Sequence record: ON528734
Source of the DNA: Shigella phage ESh24
Strand: one strand, 5' to 3'
Length of the DNA: 64,000 nucleotides
Below, piece by piece: positions 20,534 through 30,035 of the stretch; within the stretch, counting starts at the first letter, position 1; every line of letters starts with the position of its first letter. A model generated the notes under the pieces. The model saw only the letters and a list, made by a program, of their open reading frames with translations, had not been told where the DNA came from and ran no database searches. Position numbers and translations under genes: made by a program.

Positions 20534-20952
20534 TGGCTATTAAATTTGAAGTTAATAAATGGTATCAATTTAAAAATAAACAAGCTCAAGAAAATTTTAT
20601 TAAAGACCATACTGATAACGGAATCTATGCACGACGTTTAGGTATGGAGCCTTTTAAAATTTTAGATGCTGATTATCTTGGGCGTCCTACTAAAATTATG
20701 ACATCTATAGGTGTACTCAAACGTTGTGCCGGCGGTGATATCCTTGACGAAAACTTTATCTGGCTCTCTACTAACGAAGCTGGGTTCTTTGATGAAGTTG
20801 AAAATCCATATCAGGCTGCTGAAGAACAAGAGCAGGAAGAGCAAGAACAAATAGAAGATTTCATAGAATTCCCGGTAATGAAAGTTACTATTGAAAATAA
20901 TGAACAAGCATGGTCCTTGTATCAGATGTTGAAAGCTCACTTTAAGGAATAA
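20533..20952 (+). CDS. Hypothetical protein (139 aa; goF/comC-alpha position)
   Basis: ATGG overlap with previous stop; acidic [10 protein letters not shown] stretch. Confidence 0.55.
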   Translation: MAIKFEVNKWYQFKNKQAQENFIKDHTDNGIYARRLGMEPFKILDADYLGRPTKIMTSIGVLKRCAGGDILDENFIWLSTNEAGFFDEVENPYQAAEEQEQEEQEQIEDFIEFPVMKVTIENNEQAWSLYQMLKAHFKE

Positions 20953-20954
20953 TT

Positions 20955-21131
20955 ATGCCAATGTATGATTATAAATGCCAATCCGAAGATTGCGGGCATG
21001 AATATGAAAAAATTAAAAAGATTTCTGAACGAGAAAATGATGTTTGCCCTAAATGTCATCGTTTGTCTACTCGTCGGCCTTCTGCTCCTAAGCATGTGAA
21101 TGGTGGTTTTTACGACTTACTTAAAGGGTGA
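20955..21131 (+). CDS. FmdB-like zinc-ribbon protein (58 aa)
   Basis: MPMYDYKCQSEDCGHEYE...CPKCH: two CxxC pairs in the FmdB-family arrangement. Confidence 0.55.
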   Translation: MPMYDYKCQSEDCGHEYEKIKKISERENDVCPKCHRLSTRRPSAPKHVNGGFYDLLKG

Positions 21132-21133
21132 TT

Positions 21134-21505
21134 ATGTTTAAAATCGGTAAGAAATATCGTATTCGCGAAGGCGAAGAAAAGAAATATCTAATGTCTGCTA
21201 TTTATAGGAATGGTTCTATTAATGCTGTAATATCTACAAGCGAATTTATCGTTGAAGATATGAAAGGTAATAATGTTACAATGATTAGTACAGCATCTGG
21301 AAATGATGGAAAAATTCTTCACAGTTTTCAGAGTAATGTTCTAATTTATGATGAAGAATTTGACTTCTTCGAAGAAGTTCCTGAAGATTTTGATTTTGAA
21401 TGCACCATCACTATGAAATCTGGTGACCCTCTTTCTTTTACAGTTAAAGATGAAAGAAGCCGTTTAAGAATTATTAGTCTCCTTCAAGCCATTAAATTTG
21501 AGTGA
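21134..21505 (+). CDS. Hypothetical protein (about 124 aa)
   Basis: ORF with TGATTATG overlap. Confidence 0.55.
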   Translation: MFKIGKKYRIREGEEKKYLMSAIYRNGSINAVISTSEFIVEDMKGNNVTMISTASGNDGKILHSFQSNVLIYDEEFDFFEEVPEDFDFECTITMKSGDPLSFTVKDERSRLRIISLLQAIKFE

Positions 21506-21509
21506 AATT

Positions 21510-21770
21510 ATGAAATATGTTAATCGTTCTATCGCGGCATTAGTATTAGCAGTATCTTTAGTAGGATGTACTGATGCTGATAATGCAACCAAAGTTTTGT
21601 CTTCAAGTGGTTTTACTAATATTGAAATCACTGGATACAATTGGTTCGGTTGTTCTGAAAATGATTTCCAACATACTGGATTTCGTGCTATTGGACCTAC
21701 TGGGCAGAAAGTAGAAGGAACAGTATGTTCTGGTCTGTTCTTTAAGGATTCAACTATTCGTTTTAAATAA
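21510..21770 (+). CDS. Putative lipoprotein (86 aa)
   Basis: Signal peptide with lipobox LVGC. Confidence 0.55.
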   Translation: MKYVNRSIAALVLAVSLVGCTDADNATKVLSSSGFTNIEITGYNWFGCSENDFQHTGFRAIGPTGQKVEGTVCSGLFFKDSTIRFK

Positions 21771-21790
21771 AAGGCCTTCGGGCCTTTAGC
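21771..21790 (+). terminator. Stem-loop / weak terminator
   Basis: AAGGCCTTCGGGCCTT hairpin. Confidence 0.5.
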
Positions 21791-21812
21791 TTTATGATTA
21801 CCGGAGTATAAT
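21787..21812 (+). promoter_or_regulatory. Putative MotA-dependent middle promoter for gene 39
   Basis: MotA-box-like TAGCTTTA with TATAAT 12 bp downstream. Confidence 0.4.
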
Positions 21813-21839
21813 ATTCCCGAAACCAAACGAGGATAAGTG

Positions 21840-23657
21840 ATGATTAAGAATGAAATTAAAATTCTGAGCGATATTGAACATATCAAAAAGCGTAGTGGCA
21901 TGTATATTGGCTCTTCTGCTAATGAAATGCATGAGCGCTTTCTGTTTGGTAAATGGGAAAGTGTTCAGTATGTACCTGGTCTTGTTAAGCTTATTGATGA
22001 AATTATCGATAACTCAGTAGATGAAGGTATTCGTACTAAGTTTAAATTCGCGAATAAAATTAATGTTACCATTAAAAATAATCAGGTAACAGTTGAAGAT
22101 AACGGTCGCGGTATTCCACAAGCGATGGTTAAAACACCTACCGGTGAAGAAATTCCTGGTCCAGTTGCTGCTTGGACTATTCCAAAAGCAGGTGGTAACT
22201 TTGGCGATGATAAAGAACGTGTCACCGGTGGTATGAATGGTGTTGGTTCTAGTTTGACAAACATTTTTTCTGTGATGTTTGTCGGTGAAACTGGCGATGG
22301 TCAAAATAATATTGTAGTTCGTTGTTCAAATGGCATGGAAAATAAATCATGGGAAGATATTCCTGGAAAATGGAAAGGAACTCGTGTTACTTTCATTCCA
22401 GATTTTATGTCATTTGAAACTAATGAGCTGTCCCAAGTTTATCTTGACATTACACTGGATCGTCTCCAGACGCTTGCTGTAGTTTATCCTGATATTCAAT
22501 TTACCTTTAATGGTAAAAAGGTTCAGGGCAATTTTAAGAAATATGCACGACAGTATGATGAGCATGCTATTGTTCAAGAACAAGAAAATTGTTCTATTGC
22601 GGTTGGTCGTTCACCGGATGGATTTCGTCAATTAACTTACGTGAATAACATTCATACTAAGAATGGTGGCCATCACATTGATTGTGTTATGGATGATATT
22701 TGTGAAGACCTTATTCCACAAATCAAACGTAAGTTCAAAATTGATGTCACTAAAGCACGTGTCAAAGAATGTTTGACTATCGTTATGTTTGTCCGTGATA
22801 TGAAAAACATGCGATTTGACTCTCAAACTAAAGAACGACTTACTTCTCCATTTGGCGAAATTCGTAGTCATATTCAACTTGATGCTAAAAAGATTTCACG
22901 TGCTATTTTAAATAATGAAGCAATTTTAATGCCAATTATTGAAGCTGCTTTGGCTCGTAAATTGGCGGCAGAAAAAGCAGCAGAAACTAAAGCAGCTAAA
23001 AAGGCTTCTAAAGCTAAAGTTCATAAACATATTAAAGCGAATCTTTGTGGTAAAGATGCTGACACTACATTGTTCTTAACCGAGGGTGATTCAGCTATCG
23101 GATATCTTATTGATGTTCGCGATAAAGAACTTCATGGCGGTTATCCATTGCGTGGTAAAGTTCTTAATAGCTGGGGTATGTCATATGCCGATATGCTTAA
23201 AAACAAAGAACTATTTGATATTTGCGCAATCACTGGATTGGTTCTTGGTGAAAAAGCTGAAAACTTGAATTATCATAATATTGCTATTATGACCGATGCT
23301 GACCATGATGGTCTAGGAAGCATTTATCCTTCTCTTCTTGGATTTTTTAGTAATTGGCCAGAACTGTTTGAGCAAGGAAGAATTCGCTTTGTCAAAACTC
23401 CTGTAATCATCGCTCAGGTCGGTAAAAAACAAGAATGGTTTTATACAGTCGCTGAATATGAGAGTGCCAAAGATGCTCTACCTAAACATAGCATCCGTTA
23501 TATTAAGGGACTTGGCTCTTTGGAAAAATCTGAATATCGTGAGATGATTCAGAACCCAGTATATGATGTTGTTAAACTTCCTGAGAACTGGAAAGAGCTT
23601 TTTGAAATGCTCATGGGAGATAATGCTGACCTTCGTAAAGAATGGATGAGCCAGTAG
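21840..23657 (+). CDS. 39: DNA topoisomerase II large subunit gp39, contiguous 605-aa form (gene 39/60 fusion as in T2/T6)
   Basis: 605 aa from ATG 21840; GHKL ATPase N-terminus; C-terminal part corresponds to what T4 encodes separately as gp60. Confidence 0.93.
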   Translation: MIKNEIKILSDIEHIKKRSGMYIGSSANEMHERFLFGKWESVQYVPGLVKLIDEIIDNSVDEGIRTKFKFANKINVTIKNNQVTVEDNGRGIPQAMVKTPTGEEIPGPVAAWTIPKAGGNFGDDKERVTGGMNGVGSSLTNIFSVMFVGETGDGQNNIVVRCSNGMENKSWEDIPGKWKGTRVTFIPDFMSFETNELSQVYLDITLDRLQTLAVVYPDIQFTFNGKKVQGNFKKYARQYDEHAIVQEQENCSIAVGRSPDGFRQLTYVNNIHTKNGGHHIDCVMDDICEDLIPQIKRKFKIDVTKARVKECLTIVMFVRDMKNMRFDSQTKERLTSPFGEIRSHIQLDAKKISRAILNNEAILMPIIEAALARKLAAEKAAETKAAKKASKAKVHKHIKANLCGKDADTTLFLTEGDSAIGYLIDVRDKELHGGYPLRGKVLNSWGMSYADMLKNKELFDICAITGLVLGEKAENLNYHNIAIMTDADHDGLGSIYPSLLGFFSNWPELFEQGRIRFVKTPVIIAQVGKKQEWFYTVAEYESAKDALPKHSIRYIKGLGSLEKSEYREMIQNPVYDVVKLPENWKELFEMLMGDNADLRKEWMSQ

Positions 23658-23686
23658 TTTACTTTACCACAAGGATGTGGTATAAT
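23657..23686 (+). promoter_or_regulatory. Early promoter
   Basis: GTTTAC 23657-23662, TATAAT 23681-23686. Confidence 0.55.
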
Positions 23687-23712
23687 TAATTTGGGCAAAT
23701 GAGGATATTGAA

Positions 23713-23916
23713 ATGAAATCATATAAAGTAAATTTAGAACTTTTTGATAAAGCAGTTCATCGAGAATATAGAATCATTCAACGCTTTTTCGATATGGGAG
23801 AAGCCGAAGAATTTAAAAACCGCTTTAAAGATATTAGAGATAAAATTCAATCCGACACCGCAACTAAAGATGAATTACTAGAAGTTGCTGAAGTTATTAA
23901 GCGTAATATGAATTAA
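23713..23916 (+). CDS. Hypothetical protein (rIIA.1 position)
   Basis: 67-aa ORF upstream of rIIA. Confidence 0.5.
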   Translation: MKSYKVNLELFDKAVHREYRIIQRFFDMGEAEEFKNRFKDIRDKIQSDTATKDELLEVAEVIKRNMN

Positions 23917-23926
23917 TGAGGAAATT

Positions 23927-26104
23927 ATGATTATCACCACTGAAAAAGAAACAATTCTTGGTAATGGTTCTAAATCAAAAGCATTTAGCATCACAGCATC
24001 TCCTAAAGTATTTAAAATTCTGTCATCTGATTTATATACAAACAAAATTCGCGCAGTAGTCCGTGAATTGATTACCAACATGATTGATGCCCATGCTCTC
24101 AATGGAAATCCTGAAAAATTTATCATTCAAGTTCCTGGACGTTTAGATCCACGATTTGTTTGCCGAGATTTTGGTCCAGGTATGAGTGATTTTGATATTC
24201 AGGGTGATGATAATTCTCCTGGTTTGTATAATTCATACTTCAGTTCATCTAAGGCTGAATCTAACGATTTCATTGGCGGATTTGGTTTAGGTTCTAAATC
24301 TCCGTTTAGTTATACTGATACATTTAGTATTACTTCATATCATAAAGGCGAAATTCGTGGTTATGTAGCTTACATGGATGGTGATGGTCCGCAAATTAAA
24401 CCTACATTCGTAAAAGAAATGGGTCCAGACGATAAAACTGGTATTGAAATCGTAGTTCCAGTTGAAGAAAAAGATTTTAGAAACTTTGCTTATGAAGTTT
24501 CTTATATCATGCGACCATTCAAAGATTTGGCTATCATTAATGGCCTTGACCGCGAAATTGATTATTTTCCGGATTTTGATGACTATTACGGTGTAAATCC
24601 AGAAAGATACTGGCCTGATCGCGGCGGATTATATGCTATCTATGGCGGTATTGTTTATCCTATCGATGGTGTTATTAGAGACCGTAATTGGCTAAGCATT
24701 CGCAATGAAGTGAATTACATTAAGTTTCCAATGGGTTCACTGGATATTGCTCCATCACGCGAAGCTCTTTCACTGGACGATCGCACTCGCAAAAATATTA
24801 TTGAACGAGTTAAAGAGCTTAGTGAAAAGGCATTCAATGAAGATGTAAAACGATTTAAAGAATCTACATCTCCTCGTCACACATATCGTGAATTGATGAA
24901 GATGGGGTATTCTGCTCGAGATTATATGATTAGTAATTCGGTCAAATTCACGACTAAAAATCTGTCATATAAAAAGATGCAGAGCATGTTTGAACCTGAC
25001 AGTAAGTTATGTAATGCAGGAGTTGTGTATGAAGTAAATCTTGACCCTCGACTGAAACGCATTAAGCAAAGTCATGAAACTTCAGCCGTTGCATCAAGTT
25101 ATCGTCTGTTTGGTATTAATACAACAAAAATTAATATCGTTATTGATAATATTAAAAATCGTGTTAATATTGTCCGTGGATTAGCACATGCGCTAGATGA
25201 TAGTGAATTTAATAACACTTTAAATATTCATCACAATGAGCGTCTTCTGTTTATTAATCCGGAAGTAGAATCGCAGATTGATTTACTACCTGATATTATG
25301 GCAATGTTTGAAAGTGATGAAGTTAACATTCATTATTTGTCAGAAATTGAAGCTTTAGTTAAAAGCTATATTCCAAAGGTAGTTAAAAGTAAAGCTCCTC
25401 GTCCTAAAGCTGCTACAGCATTTAAGTTTGAAATTAAAGATGGGCGTTGGGAAAAAGAGGAATTATTTACACTTACGTCAGAAGCAGATGAAATTACTGG
25501 TTATGTAGCGTATATGCATCGTTCTGATATTTTCTCTATGGATGGTACTACATCACTTTGTCATCCATCTATGAATATTTTGATTCGTATGGCTAATCTT
25601 ATTGGTATTAATGAATTTTATGTTATTCGTCCGCTTTTGCAGAAAAAGGTAAAAGAGCTTGGTCAGTGCCAATGTATTTTTGAAGCTTTACGTGATTTAT
25701 ATGTAGATGCTTTTGATGATGTAGATTATGATAAGTATGTAGGTTATTCAAGTTCAGCTCAACGATATATTGATAAAATTATCAAGTATCCTGAACTAGA
25801 TTTTATGATGAAGTACTTCAGTACAGATGAAGTTTCTGAAGAATATACACGACTTGGTAATATGGTTAGTTCATTACGCGGTGTGTATTTTAATGGTGGA
25901 AAAGATACCATCGGTCATGATATCTGGACAGTAACTAATCTCTTTGATGAATTATCACGTAATGCTTCAAAAAATAGTGATAAAATGGTTGCTGAGTTTA
26001 CCAAGAAATTCCGTATTGTTTCTGACTTCATCGGTTATCGCAGCTCTTTAAGTGATGATGAAGTTTCCCAAATCGCTAAAACTATGAAGGCCCTTGCGGC
26101 CTAA
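23927..26104 (+). CDS. rIIA: rIIA protein
   Basis: 725 aa (T4 rIIA length); GHKL/Bergerat-like motif ELITNMIDA. Confidence 0.93.
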   Translation: MIITTEKETILGNGSKSKAFSITASPKVFKILSSDLYTNKIRAVVRELITNMIDAHALNGNPEKFIIQVPGRLDPRFVCRDFGPGMSDFDIQGDDNSPGLYNSYFSSSKAESNDFIGGFGLGSKSPFSYTDTFSITSYHKGEIRGYVAYMDGDGPQIKPTFVKEMGPDDKTGIEIVVPVEEKDFRNFAYEVSYIMRPFKDLAIINGLDREIDYFPDFDDYYGVNPERYWPDRGGLYAIYGGIVYPIDGVIRDRNWLSIRNEVNYIKFPMGSLDIAPSREALSLDDRTRKNIIERVKELSEKAFNEDVKRFKESTSPRHTYRELMKMGYSARDYMISNSVKFTTKNLSYKKMQSMFEPDSKLCNAGVVYEVNLDPRLKRIKQSHETSAVASSYRLFGINTTKINIVIDNIKNRVNIVRGLAHALDDSEFNNTLNIHHNERLLFINPEVESQIDLLPDIMAMFESDEVNIHYLSEIEALVKSYIPKVVKSKAPRPKAATAFKFEIKDGRWEKEELFTLTSEADEITGYVAYMHRSDIFSMDGTTSLCHPSMNILIRMANLIGINEFYVIRPLLQKKVKELGQCQCIFEALRDLYVDAFDDVDYDKYVGYSSSAQRYIDKIIKYPELDFMMKYFSTDEVSEEYTRLGNMVSSLRGVYFNGGKDTIGHDIWTVTNLFDELSRNASKNSDKMVAEFTKKFRIVSDFIGYRSSLSDDEVSQIAKTMKALAA

Positions 26105-26115
26105 TAAGGAAAATT

Positions 26116-27054
26116 ATGTACAATATTAAATGCCTGACCAAAAACGAACAAGCTGAAATTGTTAAATTGTATTCAAGCGGTAATTACACCCAACAGGAAT
26201 TGGCTGATTGGCAAGGTGTATCGGTTGATACAATCCGTCGTGTTTTGAAAAATGCTGAAGAAGTTAAACGCTCTAAAGTTACTATTAGCGGTGATATTAC
26301 AGTTAAAGTTAATAGTGATGTAGTTATTGCTCCAGTTGCTAAATCTGACATTATTTGGAATGCATCTAAAAAATTCATTTCGATTACTGTTGACGGTGTA
26401 ACTTATAACGCAACTCCTAATACTCATTCAAACTTCCAGGAAATTCTCAATCTGCTTGTAGCGGATAAGCTGGAAGAAGCGGCACAAAAAATTAATGTTC
26501 GTCGCGCTGTTGAAAAATATATTTCCGGCGATGTTCGAATTGAAGGTGGAAGCTTGTTCTATCAAAATATTGAATTGCGGTCTGGTTTGGTTGATCGTAT
26601 TCTTGACTCGATGGAAAAAGGCGAAAACTTTGAATTTTATTTTCCGTTCTTGGAAAATCTGCTGGAAAACCCAAGCCAAAAAGCGGTATCTCGACTCTTT
26701 GATTTCTTGGTAGCAAACGATATTGAAATTACAGAAGATGGTTACTTCTATGCTTGGAAAGTAGTTCGCAGCAATTACTTTGACTGTCACTCAAATACCT
26801 TTGATAACAGTCCGGGTAAAGTAGTTAAAATGCCGCGTACTCGCGTGAATGACGATGATACACAAACTTGTTCTCGTGGTCTGCATGTGTGTTCTAAATC
26901 TTATATTCGTCACTTCGGTGGTTCAACCAGCCGAGTTGTAAAAGTTAAAGTTCATCCTCGCGATGTAGTATCAATTCCGATTGATTACAACGATGCTAAA
27001 ATGCGTACCTGCCAATACGAAGTAGTTGAAGACGTTACTGAACAATTTAAATAA
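26116..27054 (+). CDS. rIIB: rIIB protein
   Basis: 312 aa, immediately downstream of rIIA. Confidence 0.93.
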   Translation: MYNIKCLTKNEQAEIVKLYSSGNYTQQELADWQGVSVDTIRRVLKNAEEVKRSKVTISGDITVKVNSDVVIAPVAKSDIIWNASKKFISITVDGVTYNATPNTHSNFQEILNLLVADKLEEAAQKINVRRAVEKYISGDVRIEGGSLFYQNIELRSGLVDRILDSMEKGENFEFYFPFLENLLENPSQKAVSRLFDFLVANDIEITEDGYFYAWKVVRSNYFDCHSNTFDNSPGKVVKMPRTRVNDDDTQTCSRGLHVCSKSYIRHFGGSTSRVVKVKVHPRDVVSIPIDYNDAKMRTCQYEVVEDVTEQFK

Positions 27055-27082
27055 GGGCTTCGGCCCTTAACTAAGGAAAATT

Positions 27083-27277
27083 ATGTTAGGTTATCAAGCA
27101 CGAGTAAAAGAAGAATACGATCAATTAATGCTCAAAATTAATGCACTGAGCAAATTTTTAGAAAGCGCAAAGTTTCTAACGGTTAGTGCAGTTGAGCAAG
27201 AACTTCTACTTTCACAGTTCATCTCAATGAAATCTTACGCAGAGTGTTTAGAAAAAAGAATTGCACAATTCAAATAA
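27083..27277 (+). CDS. Hypothetical protein (64 aa)
   Basis: ORF followed by a UUCG-loop terminator. Confidence 0.5.
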   Translation: MLGYQARVKEEYDQLMLKINALSKFLESAKFLTVSAVEQELLLSQFISMKSYAECLEKRIAQFK

Positions 27278-27282
27278 AATAA

Positions 27283-27304
27283 GGGGCTTCGGCCCTTTTG
27301 TTTT
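27283..27304 (+). terminator. Rho-independent terminator
   Basis: GGGGCTTCGGCCC hairpin plus T-run. Confidence 0.7.
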
Positions 27305-27341
27305 AAGAGAAATTATGATTCCGACATAAAGGAAAGTTTAA

Positions 27342-27899
27342 ATGCAGAAAACAAATCCGGGTTTGCAGAGACTATTTCAGATTCCGACATTTACCCTATC
27401 GAACAGTGACTTGACTAGTGAAATGAAGGTCAAAATTGCTGATACAGCAAGATACTCTTTAAAACAAAATCCAAATCAGGATAAGGCAGAAGTTATCGAA
27501 AGATGCCGTATCGCTGTGTACGCAGAGTTTTTTGTGGCAGATTGGCTAAGCGGATATGTCAATAAAGGCCAAGAAGATGTCGATGATCCGTACACATATG
27601 CATGGGATGTTTTAGCACATCCAAAATACTGTGGGCTCCGTGTAGAAGTTAAGACACATCAAACTGACTCGCGTTGGATTTCGGTAACAACGGGATGCAG
27701 CGGAGAGTATCCATATGGTTCTGGAATAAATCTAGGGCCCATTCTAAATCATCAAGTCGCTGACTGTATAATTATATTCAACACTAAAGAAATTCATCCA
27801 GGTGTCATCCAGTACACTCCGAAGTTCATCGGTGATAGAGAAGACCTTCGTAAGGTTGTAAGAAAAAGCAACTACAACGGATGGTATCTTTCCATTTAA
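27342..27899 (+). CDS. denB: Endonuclease IV (DenB)
   Basis: 185 aa (T4 EndoIV length) downstream of rIIB. Confidence 0.8.
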   Translation: MQKTNPGLQRLFQIPTFTLSNSDLTSEMKVKIADTARYSLKQNPNQDKAEVIERCRIAVYAEFFVADWLSGYVNKGQEDVDDPYTYAWDVLAHPKYCGLRVEVKTHQTDSRWISVTTGCSGEYPYGSGINLGPILNHQVADCIIIFNTKEIHPGVIQYTPKFIGDREDLRKVVRKSNYNGWYLSI

Positions 27900-27915
27900 A
27901 AAATTTCACAAAACG

Positions 27916-27947
27916 GTTTACATACCACAAGGACCGTGGTACTATAC
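27916..27947 (+). promoter_or_regulatory. Early promoter (repeat module copy)
   Basis: GTTTAC 27916-27921, TACTATAC 27940-27947. Confidence 0.55.
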
Positions 27948-27973
27948 AATTATCAACTACGGAGGAGCGGAAA

Positions 27974-28237
27974 ATGAAATTTAAATTTTATTACGCTAAA
28001 CATAAAATAACTGATGAATTCGTGTCAGTTGAATATTCTAGCGATGATGAAGGTATGATTTATACTCGCTTAGGATTATCGCATTGGGAGTCTGATACGC
28101 CTTATTTTTCAACTCCCGAAGAAATTACACGCTTAGTTAATGGTCATATGAATGACCACTGGGATGTAATTCTTTCAGATAGTCTTAAAGCGGCTATTAA
28201 TAGTAATGAAATGAAAATTGCTGAGATTGAACTATGA
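27974..28237 (+). CDS. Hypothetical protein (87 aa)
   Basis: GGAGGAG RBS then ATG. Confidence 0.5.
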   Translation: MKFKFYYAKHKITDEFVSVEYSSDDEGMIYTRLGLSHWESDTPYFSTPEEITRLVNGHMNDHWDVILSDSLKAAINSNEMKIAEIEL

Positions 28238-28320
28238 GTTCATTATGGTGGTGTTTTGTTTGGTTAATTAGTATTCCAGTAATTTGTTTAACATTTACTT
28301 TTGTGATGAGGTTATTATGA
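28234..28320 (+). CDS. Tiny hydrophobic protein (28 aa)
   Basis: ATG overlaps previous stop; one predicted transmembrane helix. Confidence 0.3.
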   Translation: MSSLWWCFVWLISIPVICLTFTFVMRLL

Positions 28321-28415
28321 AAATTATGAATTCTGTACTTATTGCTTGCGCGTGGTGGGTTGCACAGGTTTCAGCGGTAGTAGTTGGTATTCACATTTAT
28401 TACGAATATTTTTAA
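28317..28415 (+). CDS. Tiny hydrophobic protein (32 aa)
   Basis: ATGA overlap; one predicted transmembrane helix. Confidence 0.3.
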   Translation: MKIMNSVLIACAWWVAQVSAVVVGIHIYYEYF

Positions 28416-28420
28416 AAAGC

Positions 28421-28455
28421 TGTTTACAAGACTGTTCTTCCGTGGTACTATTACC
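28421..28455 (+). promoter_or_regulatory. Early promoter (repeat module copy)
   Basis: GTTTACA then GTACTATT. Confidence 0.5.
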
Positions 28456-28479
28456 CTATCAACTACGGAGGAACAGAAA

Positions 28480-28593
28480 ATGAAAAAGATTATTAAAGCT
28501 ATATGGAATGTAGTTATAATACTAATAGTTTTGAGTATATTCCCAATCGTTTTAATGATTGATGTATTAAACGCTTACTTTGGATTTATGTGA
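28480..28593 (+). CDS. Tiny hydrophobic protein (37 aa)
   Basis: GGAGGAA RBS; one predicted transmembrane helix. Confidence 0.4.
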   Translation: MKKIIKAIWNVVIILIVLSIFPIVLMIDVLNAYFGFM

Positions 28594-28600
28594 GGAAAAT

Positions 28601-28798
28601 ATGAAGCGTAAACGCAGTGCTTTTACATTTATTGAATGGTTTTTCGATAATATTTTTCCGGCTTTATTCATTTTCATGCTGATTTTTGCCTTAGGTTCAG
28701 TTGTAGTTGGAATCTATTTGATGGCGGTAGTCGGAATGGATATTCATCAAAATGGTTTAAAATCCGTAGTTGAAACAATTTGGAATGGTGTAAAATGA
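28601..28798 (+). CDS. Small membrane protein (65 aa)
   Basis: GAGGAAAA RBS; hydrophobic core. Confidence 0.45.
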   Translation: MKRKRSAFTFIEWFFDNIFPALFIFMLIFALGSVVVGIYLMAVVGMDIHQNGLKSVVETIWNGVK

Positions 28799-28905
28799 TG
28801 AATTTGTTGAGCGGTTGGTTTTATATTCTTATGTTTTACATTGGTGCAAATTTTCCATATTGGATGGGATGGTCAACAACTGCATTTGGATTTTATACTC
28901 CTTGA
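28795..28905 (+). CDS. Tiny hydrophobic protein (36 aa)
   Basis: ATGA overlap. Confidence 0.3.
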   Translation: MMNLLSGWFYILMFYIGANFPYWMGWSTTAFGFYTP

Positions 28906-28913
28906 GGTGAATT

Positions 28914-29129
28914 ATGAAAAGTTTTAAAGATGTAAAAGTTGGTGAAATTTTCTGTTTAGATAACGGTGATCAGTTAATTCGTATTTCACCTCTTAAGAGC
29001 ACTAGCGAGAAACCGACAGTTAATGCTACTTTAGCAAATAACAGTAACGAACGTTTCTGTATTGAAAGTGATACTGAAACTTATACTGTAGAAGAGTTTT
29101 GGGAATTGAGCGTCGCCTGCGACGATTAA
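28914..29129 (+). CDS. Hypothetical protein (71 aa)
   Basis: ORF with GAGG RBS. Confidence 0.5.
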   Translation: MKSFKDVKVGEIFCLDNGDQLIRISPLKSTSEKPTVNATLANNSNERFCIESDTETYTVEEFWELSVACDD

Positions 29130-29189
29130 TTTAATGGCCGTGTGTATTCATGCGGCCTTGGAGTAGAAAATAATTTAGAGGAAATTAAT

Positions 29190-29648
29190 ATGAAATACAT
29201 GACTGTTACTGATCTGAATAATGCAGGCGCTACTGTTATTGGTACAATCAAGGGCGGTGAGTGGTTTTTGGGAACTCCGCATAAAGATATTTTATCTAAA
29301 CCTGGATTTTACTTTTTAGTGAGTAAATTAGATGGTCGTCCATTTAGTAATCCATGTGTGTCTGCACGATTTTATGTGGGTAATCAGCGTTCTAAGCAAG
29401 GATTCAGCGCAGTTCTAAGTCATATTCGTCAACGCCGGTCTCAACTTGCGCGTACTATTGCAAATAACAATGTTCCATACACAGTATTTTATCTGCCTGC
29501 TTCTAAGATGAAACCTCTGACGACGGGATTTGGTAAAGGTCAGTTAGCTTTAGCGTTTACTCGTAATCATCATTCTGAGTATCAAACACTTGAAGAAATG
29601 AACCGTATGTTGGCTGATAACTTTAAATTTGTTTTACAGGCATATTAA
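29190..29648 (+). CDS. ndd: Nucleoid disruption protein Ndd
   Basis: 152 aa from ATG 29190; position and size as T4 ndd. Confidence 0.75.
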   Translation: MKYMTVTDLNNAGATVIGTIKGGEWFLGTPHKDILSKPGFYFLVSKLDGRPFSNPCVSARFYVGNQRSKQGFSAVLSHIRQRRSQLARTIANNNVPYTVFYLPASKMKPLTTGFGKGQLALAFTRNHHSEYQTLEEMNRMLADNFKFVLQAY

Positions 29649-29728
29649 TGAGTAATTTCCACAACGAACACGTGATGCAGTTCTATCGTAATAATTTTAA
29701 AACTAAAGGCGTCTTCGGACGCCAGTGA
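29648..29728 (+). CDS. stp: Stp peptide (26 aa; trigger of the host PrrC anticodon nuclease)
   Basis: [26 protein letters not shown] matches recalled T4 Stp. Confidence 0.8.
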   Translation: MSNFHNEHVMQFYRNNFKTKGVFGRQ

Positions 29729-29898
29729 GGAAAATATGGTTATTCTGGTTTTTTATTGAACTTATTACGGCTATTGTCTGTTCGGTTTGCTTCTTTTTAG
29801 GCATGTGGACCCCAGGTTCAGTATTCTTAAGTTTTCTGTTTATTGCCTGGGTGCTTTCTACTTCTGTTGGCTTACTTAAGATGATTAAAAATGATTAA
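29725..29898 (+). CDS. ac: Small membrane protein (ac-like); start uncertain
   Basis: Hydrophobic ORF beginning at a GTG that overlaps the stp stop. Confidence 0.4.
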   Translation: MRKIWLFWFFIELITAIVCSVCFFLGMWTPGSVFLSFLFIAWVLSTSVGLLKMIKND

Positions 29899-30031
29899 GA
29901 AAATCTTGGGCTATTCATTAGCCCTTGCTATTTTATTAATAGCGTTATATTATGGAGTAATGTTCGGATTAATTCAAGTCGTGCTTTTCATTTCTGATGT
30001 TATTATGGCACTACATTCACTAGTATGGTAA
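29891..30031 (+). CDS. Small membrane protein (46 aa; 52.1 position)
   Basis: Hydrophobic ORF directly upstream of gene 52. Confidence 0.4.
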   Translation: MIKKILGYSLALAILLIALYYGVMFGLIQVVLFISDVIMALHSLVW

Positions 30032-30035
30032 ATTT

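Noticed and set aside
29705-29723. GGCGTCTTCGGACGCC hairpin considered as a terminator
   Set aside because: Lies inside the stp coding sequence with no downstream T-run; probably an mRNA structure
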